64,000 bases of DNA, taken from the NCBI RefSeq assembly GCF_006345805.1, contig NW_021835955.1:62001-126000 (forward strand). The letters are read 5' to 3'. The stretch's first letter is position 1. Every line of letters begins with the position of its first letter. Positions 42,329-54,098 of the stretch are shown piece by piece. Origin of the DNA: Octopus sinensis (Eukaryota). A program made the position numbers and the translations under genes. The notes beneath the pieces were generated by a model. That model did no database searches. It was not told where the DNA came from and saw only the letters and a program-made list of their open reading frames with translations.

Positions 42329-42799
42329 TATATGTATTTATAAAAAAACTACATCATTTATAGATACATATATATATCAAGAAAGAGATGGATGGAGATA
42401 GTATTTTTGCACCAGTAAAAAGTTATCCTTTTAACTGATAATTACGGATATTTCAAAATGGTAACTTTTGCTTTTACCTGTTCAGTAATTGTTTATTTTG
42501 TGAAGAATAAGGAAATAATATTTGTATACACACTGATTGATAATGCTCTATAAAATCATGGCAGAAATATTTATTATTTCAGGTATCATAGTGCTGATGT
42601 ATCCTGATAAATATTTGGATTGTTTTAGTGAATTATGTTGCTTCTTAGTACATGTATGTATGTATGTATGTATGTATGTATGTATGTATGTATGTATGTA
42701 TGTATGTATGTATGTATGTATGTATGTATGTGTGTGTGTGTGTTTGTGTATGTGTGTTTATGTATAATAATAATAATAATGATAATGATAATAATAATC

Positions 42800-42835
<36 letters not shown>

Positions 42836-43326
42836 GTAATAATAATAATAATAATAGTAATAATAATAATAATAACAATAATAATGATAATAATAATGAT
42901 GATGATGTTTATCCCCCACCATGATGATGAAATTATTGTGTATCATGCTTAGGTGCTTTACAAGTCATCAAAGGTGCATCTATAGTACATAGAATTATGT
43001 ACAAAAATCAGGATAATGAACAGTGCACAAGTCATAGTATACATACATGCATGCATATGGAGTGGGAATATCAGGTGTAGTGTTGGCGAATTTCAGGAAG
43101 CATGGAGGTTTTAAAGGATGCAATGTCTCGGCAGCTAACAAATGGTGCAGGTAGTTTGTACCATGCTTCAGCAACTCTGAGTGTAAAAAATGTTTCTGAA
43201 AGTCATGGAAGCCGTGTTGTTTTCTGACTATCAGTCTCTTTTGCCAAACTGCAGAGTTACGAAGACATAGACACACCAGCATCGGTTGTCAAGTGATGGT
43301 GGGGGGACAAGCACAGACACACAAAC

Positions 43327-43365
<39 letters not shown>

Positions 43366-44608
43366 GGCTTCTTTCAGTTTCCATCTACCAAATTCACTCA
43401 TAAGGCTTTGGTTGATCTGAGGCTATAGTAGAAGACACTTGCCCAAGGTGCCACACAGTGGAACGATCTGAACCTGGAACTATGTGGTTGGGAAGCAAGC
43501 TTCTTACCCAACAGTCACGTCTGTACCTATATATATATTTCTATTTTTTAGTCCCCCACATAAGCTCTGTTTGAGGAGACATTTGTTCAAAGCCATTTCT
43601 GATTAGTAGCAGATAAGACTTTATTATCTAAAACCTCCTTTTCGTTTTAATGAAGCATAATGTTATTTGTGTCTAAATCAGTCAATATTTTTAGCAGTTC
43701 AAGGGATTGTTTAAAGACTCTCTTGTAGGCTGGTTTTTGTACACATAAGTTGTGACTGTTTACTCACAGGCCAGCCTTGACTGTGTAGACTTATGATGAA
43801 ATGTATTCCAGCTATAATCATCTTTTCTATTTTTGTTTATTCTTACTTTCTCAAGCATGTGTTGTAGATTACATTATCTGTGTTTCTTTTTGAATATGTA
43901 TGGTATGTTTTGAGGAAGATTTGGTTGCTATTTCTAGCAGACAAAGAAACTACATCAAGACTCTATCATTGGCTCTTATATGTATGTATGTATCTGTTTT
44001 ACTGCCAGATATTACTACCTCTATGGCATATGCCTATAACTAGATCCATTGGTGATAATGATACATACATTTTGAGTTCACCGTTTAATTTAATTTGCCT
44101 TTATCTCAAATGTTCTGCATTAGCAAATACACTCAAATTCACTGGACTTTCAAAGTAGTTACAAGAAAGTTCCTCTTGTGATATAAATATCTGGTTCATC
44201 ACCTAAACATCTTAGACTGCATCAGTTTTTGGCACAAACTTGGTAAATATAAGTTCACAAGCATATTATCTGTATTAACAATAATCTTTCAGTCTGTGTT
44301 CCAGGCAAGTCTTTGCTTAACACTGCAGTCTTACACAGACTATGTTTGAAAAGAAAGCAATGGGTTGCATTAGATGATATATAAGCAGTGTATTTCATCA
44401 AAAATACTGTGTTAAACAGGTAAGATAACATCAATTTAGGTGCAGAAATAACTGTGTGAATATGGTGTTCACCTTCATAAGCACATTGTATTTGAGTTCT
44501 CTTGCTCTCTACATGGGAACTTGGGTAAGTGTCTTCTTACTTTCGCCTCAGGGTGCCAAATGCCTTGTGAGGGGAACTGATTGATACAAACTGTATGGAA
44601 GCCTATTA

Positions 44609-44672
<64 letters not shown>

Positions 44673-45385
44673 TGTGTGTGTGTGTCATGGCACATGTGGC
44701 CTAGTGGTTAGGGAGTTGCACTCATGATTGCTAGATTGTGGATTCAATTCCTAGACCAAGTTGTCCAGTCCACTCAGCTGAAATGGGTAACCCAGTGATG
44801 AACTAGTCTTCCAAGTAGGGGGAATGTTGGTAGCCAGAGGGTTGCACCATTCAAAAACTAAAAGGATGCAAAGCACATCATGGCCAGTGATGCATTATGA
44901 CATCTAAAAGTTTGGTCATTCACATGATCATGTGATGTATATATATAGATATATGGCTGTATGAGTTAGGTGTTAAGCAACCATCTAAAGTATAATGAAT
45001 ATCCAATATACTACAGGATGTATACCTACACATTTATATCCAAGTGCACCACACAAACGTGGCTGATGCCAGCACCGCCTTCACTGGCTTCCGTGCCTGT
45101 GGTATGTAAAAAGCACCATCCAATCATGGTCAATGCCAATCCCCTCTGACCCCTGTACCACCCATTACACACTCGGAGAGGTTGGCATTAGAAACACTGC
45201 CTGATCAGACTGGAGTCTGGTGCAGCGGCCTGGCTTCCCAGACCCCAGTCGAACTATCCAACTCATGCCAGAATGGAAAATGGACATTAAACGATGATGA
45301 TGATGATGATGTTTACCATTGCAAGGCAGTATCACAATTGAATACTAGGGATGACTGGGGGTAAAACAGAAATTTACCCAGAATT

Positions 45386-45653
45386 TATAAGGCAAATAAG
45401 AAAATGGAGAGGATAATCAATTGATAAGCATCAGCATGTAAACATTCATTTATATCTATTTATTAATTGATTACAATCATATGTATGTCATCAAAATAAA
45501 CAAATGAAATAAGCAAATAAACAAGTAAATAAATCATTCATTCATTTGTTTATTTTGATTACTTATACATATAAGTGTAATCAATAAATATATATAAAAG
45601 AATGTTTACAGACTGATGTCTGTCAATTGAGTATCCTCACCATTTCTTATTTG

Positions 45654-45660
<7 letters not shown>
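45386..45660. repeat. ~275-bp imperfect palindrome (foldback/MITE-like)
   Basis: TATAAGGCAAATAAGAAAATGG(A/T)GAGGATA(A/C)TCAATTGA... on both arms, matching for ~120 bp. Confidence 0.9.
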
Positions 45661-45704
<44 letters not shown>

Positions 45705-45706
45705 AT

Positions 45707-46107
45707 TTTTCAGATACTCTGTCTTCTAATTAGCCTTAAGATTAAATTAAATAACGTTTAATATTACCCACACTCTAATATAATATTAATATTGCTAATA
45801 TATTTTCAGATACTCTATCTCCAAATTAGCCTTAAGATTAAATAACGTTTTTTTACCCACACTCTAATATAATATTAATATTGCTAATATATTTTCAGAT
45901 ACTCTATCTCCTAATTAGCCTTAAGATTAAACAACGTTTTTATCCACACTCTAATATAATATTAATATTGCTAATACATTTTCAGATACTCTATCCCCTA
46001 ATTAGCCTTAAGATTAAATAACGTTTTTACCCAAATAACGTTTTTACACAAACTTTAATATTGTTAATATTTCTTTTTCAAGTACTCTATCTTCTAATTA
46101 GCCTTAA
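45707..46107 (+). repeat. Tandem array of ~4.4 copies of an 87-96 bp AT-rich monomer directly upstream of LINE ORF1
   Basis: CAGATACTCT...TAATTAGCCTTAAGATTAAA...ACCCACACTCTAATATAATATTAATATTGCTAATA recurs at 45711, 45807, 45896, 45983 and (variant) 46079. Confidence 0.92.
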
Positions 46108-46168
46108 TATCTTCCTGTCTTCTCTCGAACATAATTAGATAGATAAACATATAGACGGATTATCCAGC

Positions 46169-47106
46169 ATGTCCAGAGCATGGAGACCTGACGAGCTGGA
46201 TTTATTCGTACAAGCATGGGAGTGCGCCGGCGGAGATAGCCCTAGCGAGGTGATTGCGGCTGTGCTGAAGAGCAGAGGCTACAAGAGGACAGCAGCTCAG
46301 ATGGAGCGAAAGAGACGGGAATTTGTGCGCTCATATGCGCTTGTACGGTCGCACATTGGCGCACTTGATGCCATCTTTGAGAACGAGCGGGGCAAAGATG
46401 GCAAGAATGGAGATGATGAAAGAAGTCACCCCCACCTGGTGGACGCCCGGGAGGAGGTTTTGAATGAGAAACCTGCCCGGGAAGTGAACCCAGGTGCAAG
46501 TTCTCCAACCGGCAGCAAGGGCCATGGAGACGGAGAACCCGGTGAAGAGGTAGAGGGAGGAAGAAGAACTAAAAGAAAGACTGGAAGAGCTAAAGGAAAA
46601 GAAAAGCTCAAGCAGGACCAAAGAGTGAAACAACCAGGAATAGAAGTGGAACCGCAAAGGATGGAACCAAACAGCGCACACGGGTGTGTATATTCTACCT
46701 GAGAGGTTCCTGCTGGCATGGAAAGGAAGGTGCAGGCTGCCGCTTTGCACATCGGGGACCCTGCCACAGAGACACGAGGCAGATGGACAAATCATCAACA
46801 CAAAGAAAAGGGATGGACCACGCACCACCTGCTCCAAAGCGGAGGTACGCAGATGTTGTGCGCGCCACAAACAGCCAACATGATGTTGTCGAAAGAGCAG
46901 CTGCTGAGCAACAATCTTTTTTGTGCATGGCACAAAAGATTGTACAGCAGCTGACCTGGCTTCATCAAACCAAGCCCGCAGGTGGGACTACCCACTATAT
47001 ACCAGACCACCACAGCAAACAGACACAGGATGGACACTGCCGGCAACAACGTACACCTCACCTCGATACTCCTACTGAACATCAGAGGACTGCAAACACT
47101 CTGTAA
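46169..47106 (+). pseudogene. LINE ORF1, frameshifted: N-terminal Myb/SANT (trihelix)-like domain, charged linker, C-x7-C-x8-C-x3-H zinc finger
   Basis: ORF 46169..46702 begins WRPDELDLFVQAW...IAAVLKSRGYKRTAAQMERKRREFVRSY. An overlapping frame, open 46594-47106, contains CIFYLRGSCWHGKEGAGCRFAH and overlaps the ORF2 start by ~77 nt. Confidence 0.75.
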
Positions 47107-50026
47107 CAGGACAAAGATCCCGTTCCTGAGAGACTTTGTTGCATGCAATCAAGCCTTATGCATAGCACTTACAGAAACGCACCTGAAACCGGACATAGCA
47201 GATGCGGAGTTACACATACCACAGTATGCTGTACTACGGACCGACAGGAAAGAAAGGAGTCATGGAGGTGTTGCTATGTACATCCGTGAGGACCTCACAC
47301 CCCAGGTCCTCTTGTCATACTCAAACTCGGTGTGTGACACACTAATTGTACATATTAGGCAACTTGATGTAGTTGTGTGTGCTACATATCGCCCTCCAGA
47401 TGCCCCAAGCCATGTGGGCAAGTTTGAAGACTGCCTTATAAAAATAGAAGAAATTCTAACCACATTAGAACAACACATAGGTGTGCTTCTTATGGGAGAC
47501 TTCAATCTGCCCAATGTCAGATGGCCCGAGGGCCTTTCTCTCCCAGGAATGACAAGATGTGAACGAGGACAGGCGAGGTCCCTCCTGAACCTCATCAACA
47601 CCCTGTACATGGAGCAGGTAATACTCCAACCAACCAGGGCAGGTAACACACTGGATCTCTGCTTCACAAATGACATGGATCTCATCCATAATGTGAAAGT
47701 GACACCGACACTACTCTCGGATCACAACATGATAGAGCTGACCATGTATGGGCCAAAAGAGAGCACGGACATGCAGCCTACAAGAAACCCTCAAAATCTT
47801 TCCAGCTTGAACTACCATAAGGCAAACTGGAAACAAATTGAGAAAGAGATCCTCAAACAAAACTGGCCTAAATGTCTCTCCTCGCCAGACATCGACGTGA
47901 AACTTCAACAATTCATGTCTGTAATGCAAGCCATATGCTACAAATGTGTCCCAGAGAGAAAGGCCACTGTACACAAGAACAAAATCCCCAGAGAGAGGAA
48001 AATTTTAATGAGACGGCGTACAAAATTTTCAAATCGCCTAAACAAACAGATTGAAAGCAGTTAAAAGTCCCGCCTAAAAATAAAACTGTTGGAAATCGAA
48101 AAATGTCTGCAACTCTCCCATGAAAAAGAAAGAGCAGACAAAGAAGCCTGGGCTATAGAAAACATAAAATCTAACCCCAGAGCTTTCTACAGGTATGCCA
48201 AAGAAACAGCTACAGTGCACTGTAAAATAGGGCCACTCCTCGAAAAGGATGGCACACTTACAGGAAAACCAATGAGGGTAAGCGAAATACTGAATGAGCA
48301 ATTCAAGAGTGTTTTCACTCCACCCCTTGGGCATCTCCAAATCACCAATCCAACTGACTTTTTTACCACTGCAGATATAAAATCAGAGGCGGCGACGATA
48401 GATTACATCGATATAAAGGAAGACGATGTAACCAAGGCTATAGATGAAATGAAAACAGACTCAGCTACTGGCCCCGATGGATTCCCGGCAATTCTCCTAA
48501 AAGCATGTAAGAGAGTCCTAGCAAGACCACTGCAGTTCCTCTTTCAGAGCTTCCTTGCAGCTGGCAAACTTCCAGGAAAACTGAAGGAAGGTAAAATATG
48601 CCCCATTCATAAAGGAGGTAGCAGAGCGGAAGCCAAGAACTATAGACCTATCTCTCTGACCTCACACATCAGCAAGGTCATGGAACGAATAGTCAGAAGG
48701 AAGCTGATCACCTTCCTTGAAGAGAATGACTTGCTGCCCGACACCCAACATGGTTTCCGACAAGGGAGAAGCTGTTTAACTCAGCTCCTACAACACTATG
48801 ACTGGGTGCTGAAACGGCTGCTCAACCACTCAAATGTGGAAGTGATATATCTCGACTTTGCAAAGGCCTTTGATAAAGTCGATCATGGAATGATATGTCA
48901 CAAACTGCGTGATCTCAACATAGTTGGAAAACTGGGAGAATGGCTTCATGACTTTCTGAAGGATAGAAGTCAGGTGGTAGTAGCCAATGGGGCCACCTCC
49001 ATTAACACACAAATAGTGAGCGGTGTTCCGCAGGGCACTGTTCTGGGACCACTACTGTTCATAATGGCCCTCTCAGACATGCCCTCAGCCACGCAGAGAG
49101 CCACGATCACAAGTTATGCAGATGATACAAAAGTTTCACAGGCAATACAGAACCCTGAGGACACTAAACACCTGCAATGTGAGCTGGACGAAATATACAA
49201 GTGGGCTGAAAAGAATAGCATGCAGTTCAATGCTGGAAAGTTTCAAGCTTTATACTATCAGCATGCAAAACTGAATGCAATACCCAATGAATACACTGGA
49301 CCCGGAGGGATTGCAATCCCAGAGGCACAATCAGTGCGTGACCTGGGTATTCACATGAGTGATGACGCGACCTTTCATGTACATGTTGCTAAACTGACAA
49401 TGAAATGTAGACGGCTGGCTGGATGGATTCTTAGAACCTTTAGAACAAGAGAACAAGAAACCATGATGGTCCTCTGGAAGACACTTGTCCTAAGCCACTT
49501 TGACTATTGCTCTCAGCTATGGTCACCATCCAGTGTCAAGTTGATCACAGAACTTGAGGCGATCCAACGAAGCTACACAAAGAAGATAGCCTCTATGCAG
49601 AATGTAAGCTACTGGGAAAGACTCAAGAGATTAAAATTATATTCCCTGGAGCGTAGGTGGGAAAGATATGCCATAATATACATCTGGAAGATCCTGGAGG
49701 GAAGTGTCCTGAACTTTGGCATCGAGAGTTACGCAAATGCCAGAACTGGGCGCCACTGCGTGGTGCCTAGGACTCCAAACCTGCCATCAAGATGTAGGAC
49801 AAGATTCTGTGATAGCCTGGGCTTCCGAGGCCCACAGCTCTTCAATATCCTCCCGAAGAACCTGAGAGACCTGCATGGGGTGGATACAGATGTTTTTAAA
49901 ATGAAGCTGGATCTCTTCCTGTCAGGTGTCCCAGATGAACCAACTTCACGGCAGGAGGGGCAGATGAGGGCAGCTGCATCGAACTCTCTCATGCACCAAA
50001 TAGCAGTTGCTAGAAAGCCTCCATGA
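47030..50026 (+). pseudogene. LINE ORF2: apurinic-like endonuclease + reverse transcriptase, interrupted by a single in-frame TAA at 48062-48064
   Basis: APE motifs LLNIRGL, ALTETHL, GGVAMY, TYRPP, MGDFN, PTRAGNTLDL, SDH. RT motifs YRPISLTS, QHGFR, LDFAKAFDKVDH, GVPQGTVLGPLLF, YADD. ORFs 46982..48064 and 48089..50026 share a frame (IESS*KSRLKIKLLEIEK). ATG at 47030. Confidence 0.95.
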
Positions 50027-51844
50027 AGTGAAACCAAGTAGCAACACCAAATGGCGGTGCCCCAGCATGGCCACAGCTCATAAGCTGAAACTAGAATCAA
50101 TCAATCAATCAATCAATCATATATATATGTTTATTTATTTATATCTATATAATATGAATTATTTACATGTTTTTAAGTTATGAAACAATTTCTCATGATA
50201 TTAGAATTTACTTATTATTAAATAAAATTTTATCAAACTATTTTGCTGTCACTTTTTACTTCGGATGTATGTATGTATGTATGTTTGTATGTATGTATGT
50301 ATGTATGTATGTATGTATGTATGTATGTATGTATGTATGTATGTATGTAGTGTATGTATATAACACACACAAACATGGATGTGGGCGTATGTGTGTCTCT
50401 GCTAACTTGTTTGCAAAATACCATTCAAGCAAAGAAAGGTATCATTGTGTTGATATTCCATTATAACAGATAGTTCTGTAGCTCTGTACTTTCAAAGACA
50501 GTTGGAAGATACATCCCTTAGTTGAAAAACATTGTAAAGGTTAGCAACAGGAAAGGCTCCATGCAATAAAATAATGCTTCAATAAGCTTTCATCTGATCC
50601 GTGATAGCATAGGAAAAAAAAATGGACATAACATGAACAAGCATGTTCAGCTCAAGAAAAATAATTATCAGACATTTATGAAAAGATGTTATGTAAATGA
50701 CTGGCATATTTTACAAATCTTAGGGTTTATCAAATGTAGAATCATCCGACGAGGTTTGAACACGTATCAAAAAGGAATGAAACCAAATACTGTTAAGAGA
50801 TTTAGTCTACAAAGGCACCCTCTCTGGCAATCCATCACACTTCTTTCATATGAATAATAGAATAGTATCTTATTAGAAATACATCAGTATCTAGATTAAA
50901 TTTGTAATGATTGATCATGAATACATTTTATACAGTATCATTGTACTGAAGCAGATGTAATATTGGATATTACTGTTGAATACTAATTTGAAATAGCTAC
51001 CTATTTGATATATCTATTATGGTTCGCAAAATATACTAAGTATTCAACATCAATTTTACTACTGTCCTCAATTAATAACTCTAAATAAAAAATTAATTTC
51101 GAATTTTGGCACAAGGCCAGCAGTTTTGAGCCAGTCAGTGAGTTGATTACATCAACTCCAGTGCTCAACTGGGACTTATTTTATTAATCCCCAAAAGATG
51201 AAAGGCAAAGTCACCCCCAGTGGAATTTGAACTCGGAACACAAAGACAGAAAAATATCACTATGCATTTTGCCCGATCTGCTAACAATTCTGCCAACTCA
51301 CTAGCCTTGACCCTAAATAATAAATTATTCAGTTTGTTTTCAAGAATATACAATAGATTCAAAATGTGTGAGTTTCTATTTGATCCAGGTGTATCAAAGT
51401 ACAAAAATTGCTCGTAACAAAGTCAGTATGGCAGTGCTGATAAGCTGTATGAGTGTGTAAGGGTAGTGTAAAGATTTTATCATTTGTACACAATGTATCT
51501 CATACCAGGCAGATTTGACTTGGGAAGACCAGTGAAATATATTTTAGATTGGAAAGCAGTTAGAGCATCCAGTCCGGAATGTGAAAAGTTCATAATAGTT
51601 CATTTTTTTATAGGTAAAAGTATTAAAATGATCAAAATTGATCTGATACCTGGACTGCCCATTTAAGCTTATACCAGCTCAAATGATATAGTGCCTATAG
51701 CCATTTTTGATTTAGGTAGGTCTCACACCCCTACACTAAATGTTGGTAGAGTTTAGCCACCATGCAATGGACTCATAGTTGAGTGCCTGAATAACACCTT
51801 ATAGCTTCATCAAAGCCTTGAATATGAAGTATTATATATATATG

Positions 51845-52023
51845 TAGTATTTTAACATGTATAAGGAACCCTGTTTTGTCAAAAATTAGGTTAAAAAGTA
51901 TGGGAGTTTCTTATACATGGTTAGTATTTATAATTCCTTACAAAACCATTTTTCCAAATTTTAAGCCCCAAAATTAGGGGGCTACCTTATACATGTGGGT
52001 TCCTCATACACGTTATAATATAG
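51845..52023. mobile_element. MITE, Tc2/pogo-like, in TA context
   Basis: Imperfect TIRs TAGTATTTTAACATGTATAAGGAACC / GGTTCCTCATACACGTTATAATATAG, with internal repeated CTTATACATG and AAAATTAGG motifs. Confidence 0.6.
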
Positions 52024-52464
52024 TATATATATATATATATATATATAATATGTGATACATATATTGACAGACAGCCAGACAGATAGATAGACACACACAC
52101 ATATGTGGCTTTTCACACTTTTGCTTTCCTACAGGAGTATGGTTATTACATGAGCCTGTGAAGTTCATCATAGCAATACATAATGTTGGGACAATTGCAA
52201 TGATAATCGTAATATTAGTTAGTCTGAATGCATGAATACTTCTATAAAATTAATAACTATGAATGTACATCGATTCCTTATTCACTTTGAACACACTCCT
52301 TTTCATTGTTGCCCACAAAATGAACCAAAGTATGTGTATATTATATATATATGAATTATATAATATATAATAACTATAATATATACTCACATATAGATTG
52401 ATAGATATTTAGATAGATAGATAGATATCTGAGTTTTGTATGATTGCACATCAAAGAATATAGT

Positions 52465-53370
52465 AATGAATGAAATTCTAACACAGTCTTATTTTCACAT
52501 TTTATTATTTATAATTTTTACAATTTTACATTTTTACAATATTATATGGTTATTGTGATAAAACTAGTACTTTCATGTGTATGTAATCATCAGGTATATG
52601 TCATAGTAGTGACAGTAGTGTCCACAATTGACAACATGGTTGTCACTAATGCTACATAAACCTCATGACTGTGTAATGCATGAAAGTACTAGTTTTATCA
52701 CAATAAGTATATAATATTCTATTATTATAATATTGTAAAATTTGTAAATTTAAATTTTCTTTTTATTTATGCACCTTTTTCAAGCCTAGCCAGACTCATG
52801 GGCCCAGTTTCCCGGTTTCTGTGGCGTATGTGTTCCCCCCAGCTGTACAGGATGCCAGTCCATCACAAGAAGAAAGAAACAGGAAGAAAGGGTGTGAAAA
52901 GTTGGGGCAAAGGAGTACAACAGGGATCACCACCACCCCCTGCCGGAGTCTCATGGAGCTTTAGGTGTTTTTGCTCAATAACACACACCACACCCGGTTT
53001 AGGAATTGAAACTGCGATCCTCTGACTGCGAGTCTGCTGCCCTAACCATTGGGCCATTGTGCCTCCACTGCACCCTTTTAAAGCCTAGCCAGGCTCATGG
53101 GCCCTGTTTCCCAGTTTCAATGGTGTCTGTGTTCCCCAGATGGAGGGATGCCAGTCCATCGCAGTGTTACTCATTTTTGCCAGCTGAGTGGACTGGAGCA
53201 ATGTGAAATGAAGTGTTTTGCTCAAGAACACAATGTGTCACCCGATCCAGGAATCAAAACCACAATCTTACGATCATGATGCTGACACCTTAACCACTAA
53301 GCTATGCGCCTCCACAAAAATTGTAAATAATAAAATGTAAACATCAGACTACATTGGAATTTCATTGATT
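52465..53370. mobile_element. Palindromic element with two opposed hammerhead motifs; right arm interrupted by two SINEs (52771-53315)
   Basis: Left arm ...TTGTGATAAAACTAGTACTTTCATG...TCATCAGGT mirrors right arm ACCTCATGA...CATGAAAGTACTAGTTTTATCACAA. The arm resumes after the SINEs (AAAAATTGTAAATAATAAAATG...GAATTTCATTGATT). Same family as 3310-3495. Confidence 0.8.
52771..53315 (-). mobile_element. Two tandem tRNA-SINEs (family C variants) sharing the same 3' end
   Basis: GCACC(T/C)TTTT(C/A)AAGCCTAGCCAG(A/G)CTCATGGGCCC occurs at 52771 and 53070, each leading to a tRNA-like head. Confidence 0.85.
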
Positions 53371-53416
<46 letters not shown>

Positions 53417-53550
53417 AATCCACAATCATCATTGTTTATTGTGTCCACTTTTCCATGCTTGCAGACTGGACAGAAATTGGTAAGGTAGATTTCCCATGCT
53501 TGGATGCTTTTCTTGTTACCAGCCCTCACCTGTTTCCAAGTAAGGTAATA

Positions 53551-54020
53551 TTGGGTTGTCTGGAAAGTCCGTGCCAATTTATAGTAGCTTACTTTCTGAC
53601 TTATTTTAGAACATGGTTGAGTCCATAAAATAGGATTTGACTACACCTCAATTTAGAGCACAGTTTAAGCTATCTTTTCGTGGAAGAAGGTTTATGTTCC
53701 TATAACCTGTGTTAATTCTGTAACCCTTTAAAATGGAAGATAAGAAAGTTCATTTTTGGCATCTGATGCTTTGGGAACCAGACAAAAATTGCTATAGCTC
53801 AGCTGGATGTGTTACACCACTCTCCATATTCAGCAGATAGTGCTCCTTTGGATTTCCACTTATTCAGATCTCCGCAGAATAGTCTTAATGGTAAAATTTC
53901 AATTCCTTGGATGACGTAAAAAGATACCCTGATGAATTCTTTGCTATAAATCCACCTCATTTCTGGAGAGGGTATTTTCAAGTTAAAGGAAAGATGGAGA
54001 TGCATTGTGCAACAAAATGA
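53551..54020 (+). mobile_element. Internally deleted mariner remnant
   Basis: TIR-like TA|TTGGGTTGTCTGGAAAGTCCGTGCCAATTT. MEDKKVHFWHLMLWE at ~53733. HSPYSADSAPLDFHLFRSPQNSLNGK at ~53818 (mariner YSPDLAPSD motif). Ends RWRCIVQQN. Confidence 0.88.
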
Positions 54021-54098
54021 TCCATCTCCTTATTCTTTACTCCCTTCCTCTGTCATCATCTCATTAATATATACCATTCTTATTTTCTCTATTTTTCC

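Larger units (their letters stand above)
45707..50118 (+). mobile_element. Near-full-length non-LTR retrotransposon (LINE), CR1/L2 group, inserted in a (TA)n tract, ending in an (AATC)n tail
   Basis: Tandem 5' monomers, ORF1, APE+RT ORF2, ~70-nt 3' UTR and (AATC)6 tail at ~50095-50118. (TA)n lies on both sides, so no TSD can be resolved. The 5' boundary is inferred. Confidence 0.93.

Noticed and set aside
45707-46107. Repeat array beside a reverse transcriptase (CRISPR-RT, DGR or retron-like arrangement)
   Set aside because: The units have no unique spacers, and the RT is an APE-fused non-LTR enzyme with a simple-repeat tail.
47260-50100. Antisense ORFs over the LINE (47260..47685, 49729..50100 and others)
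   Set aside because: They are shadow ORFs of the more GC-rich ORF2, with no motifs.
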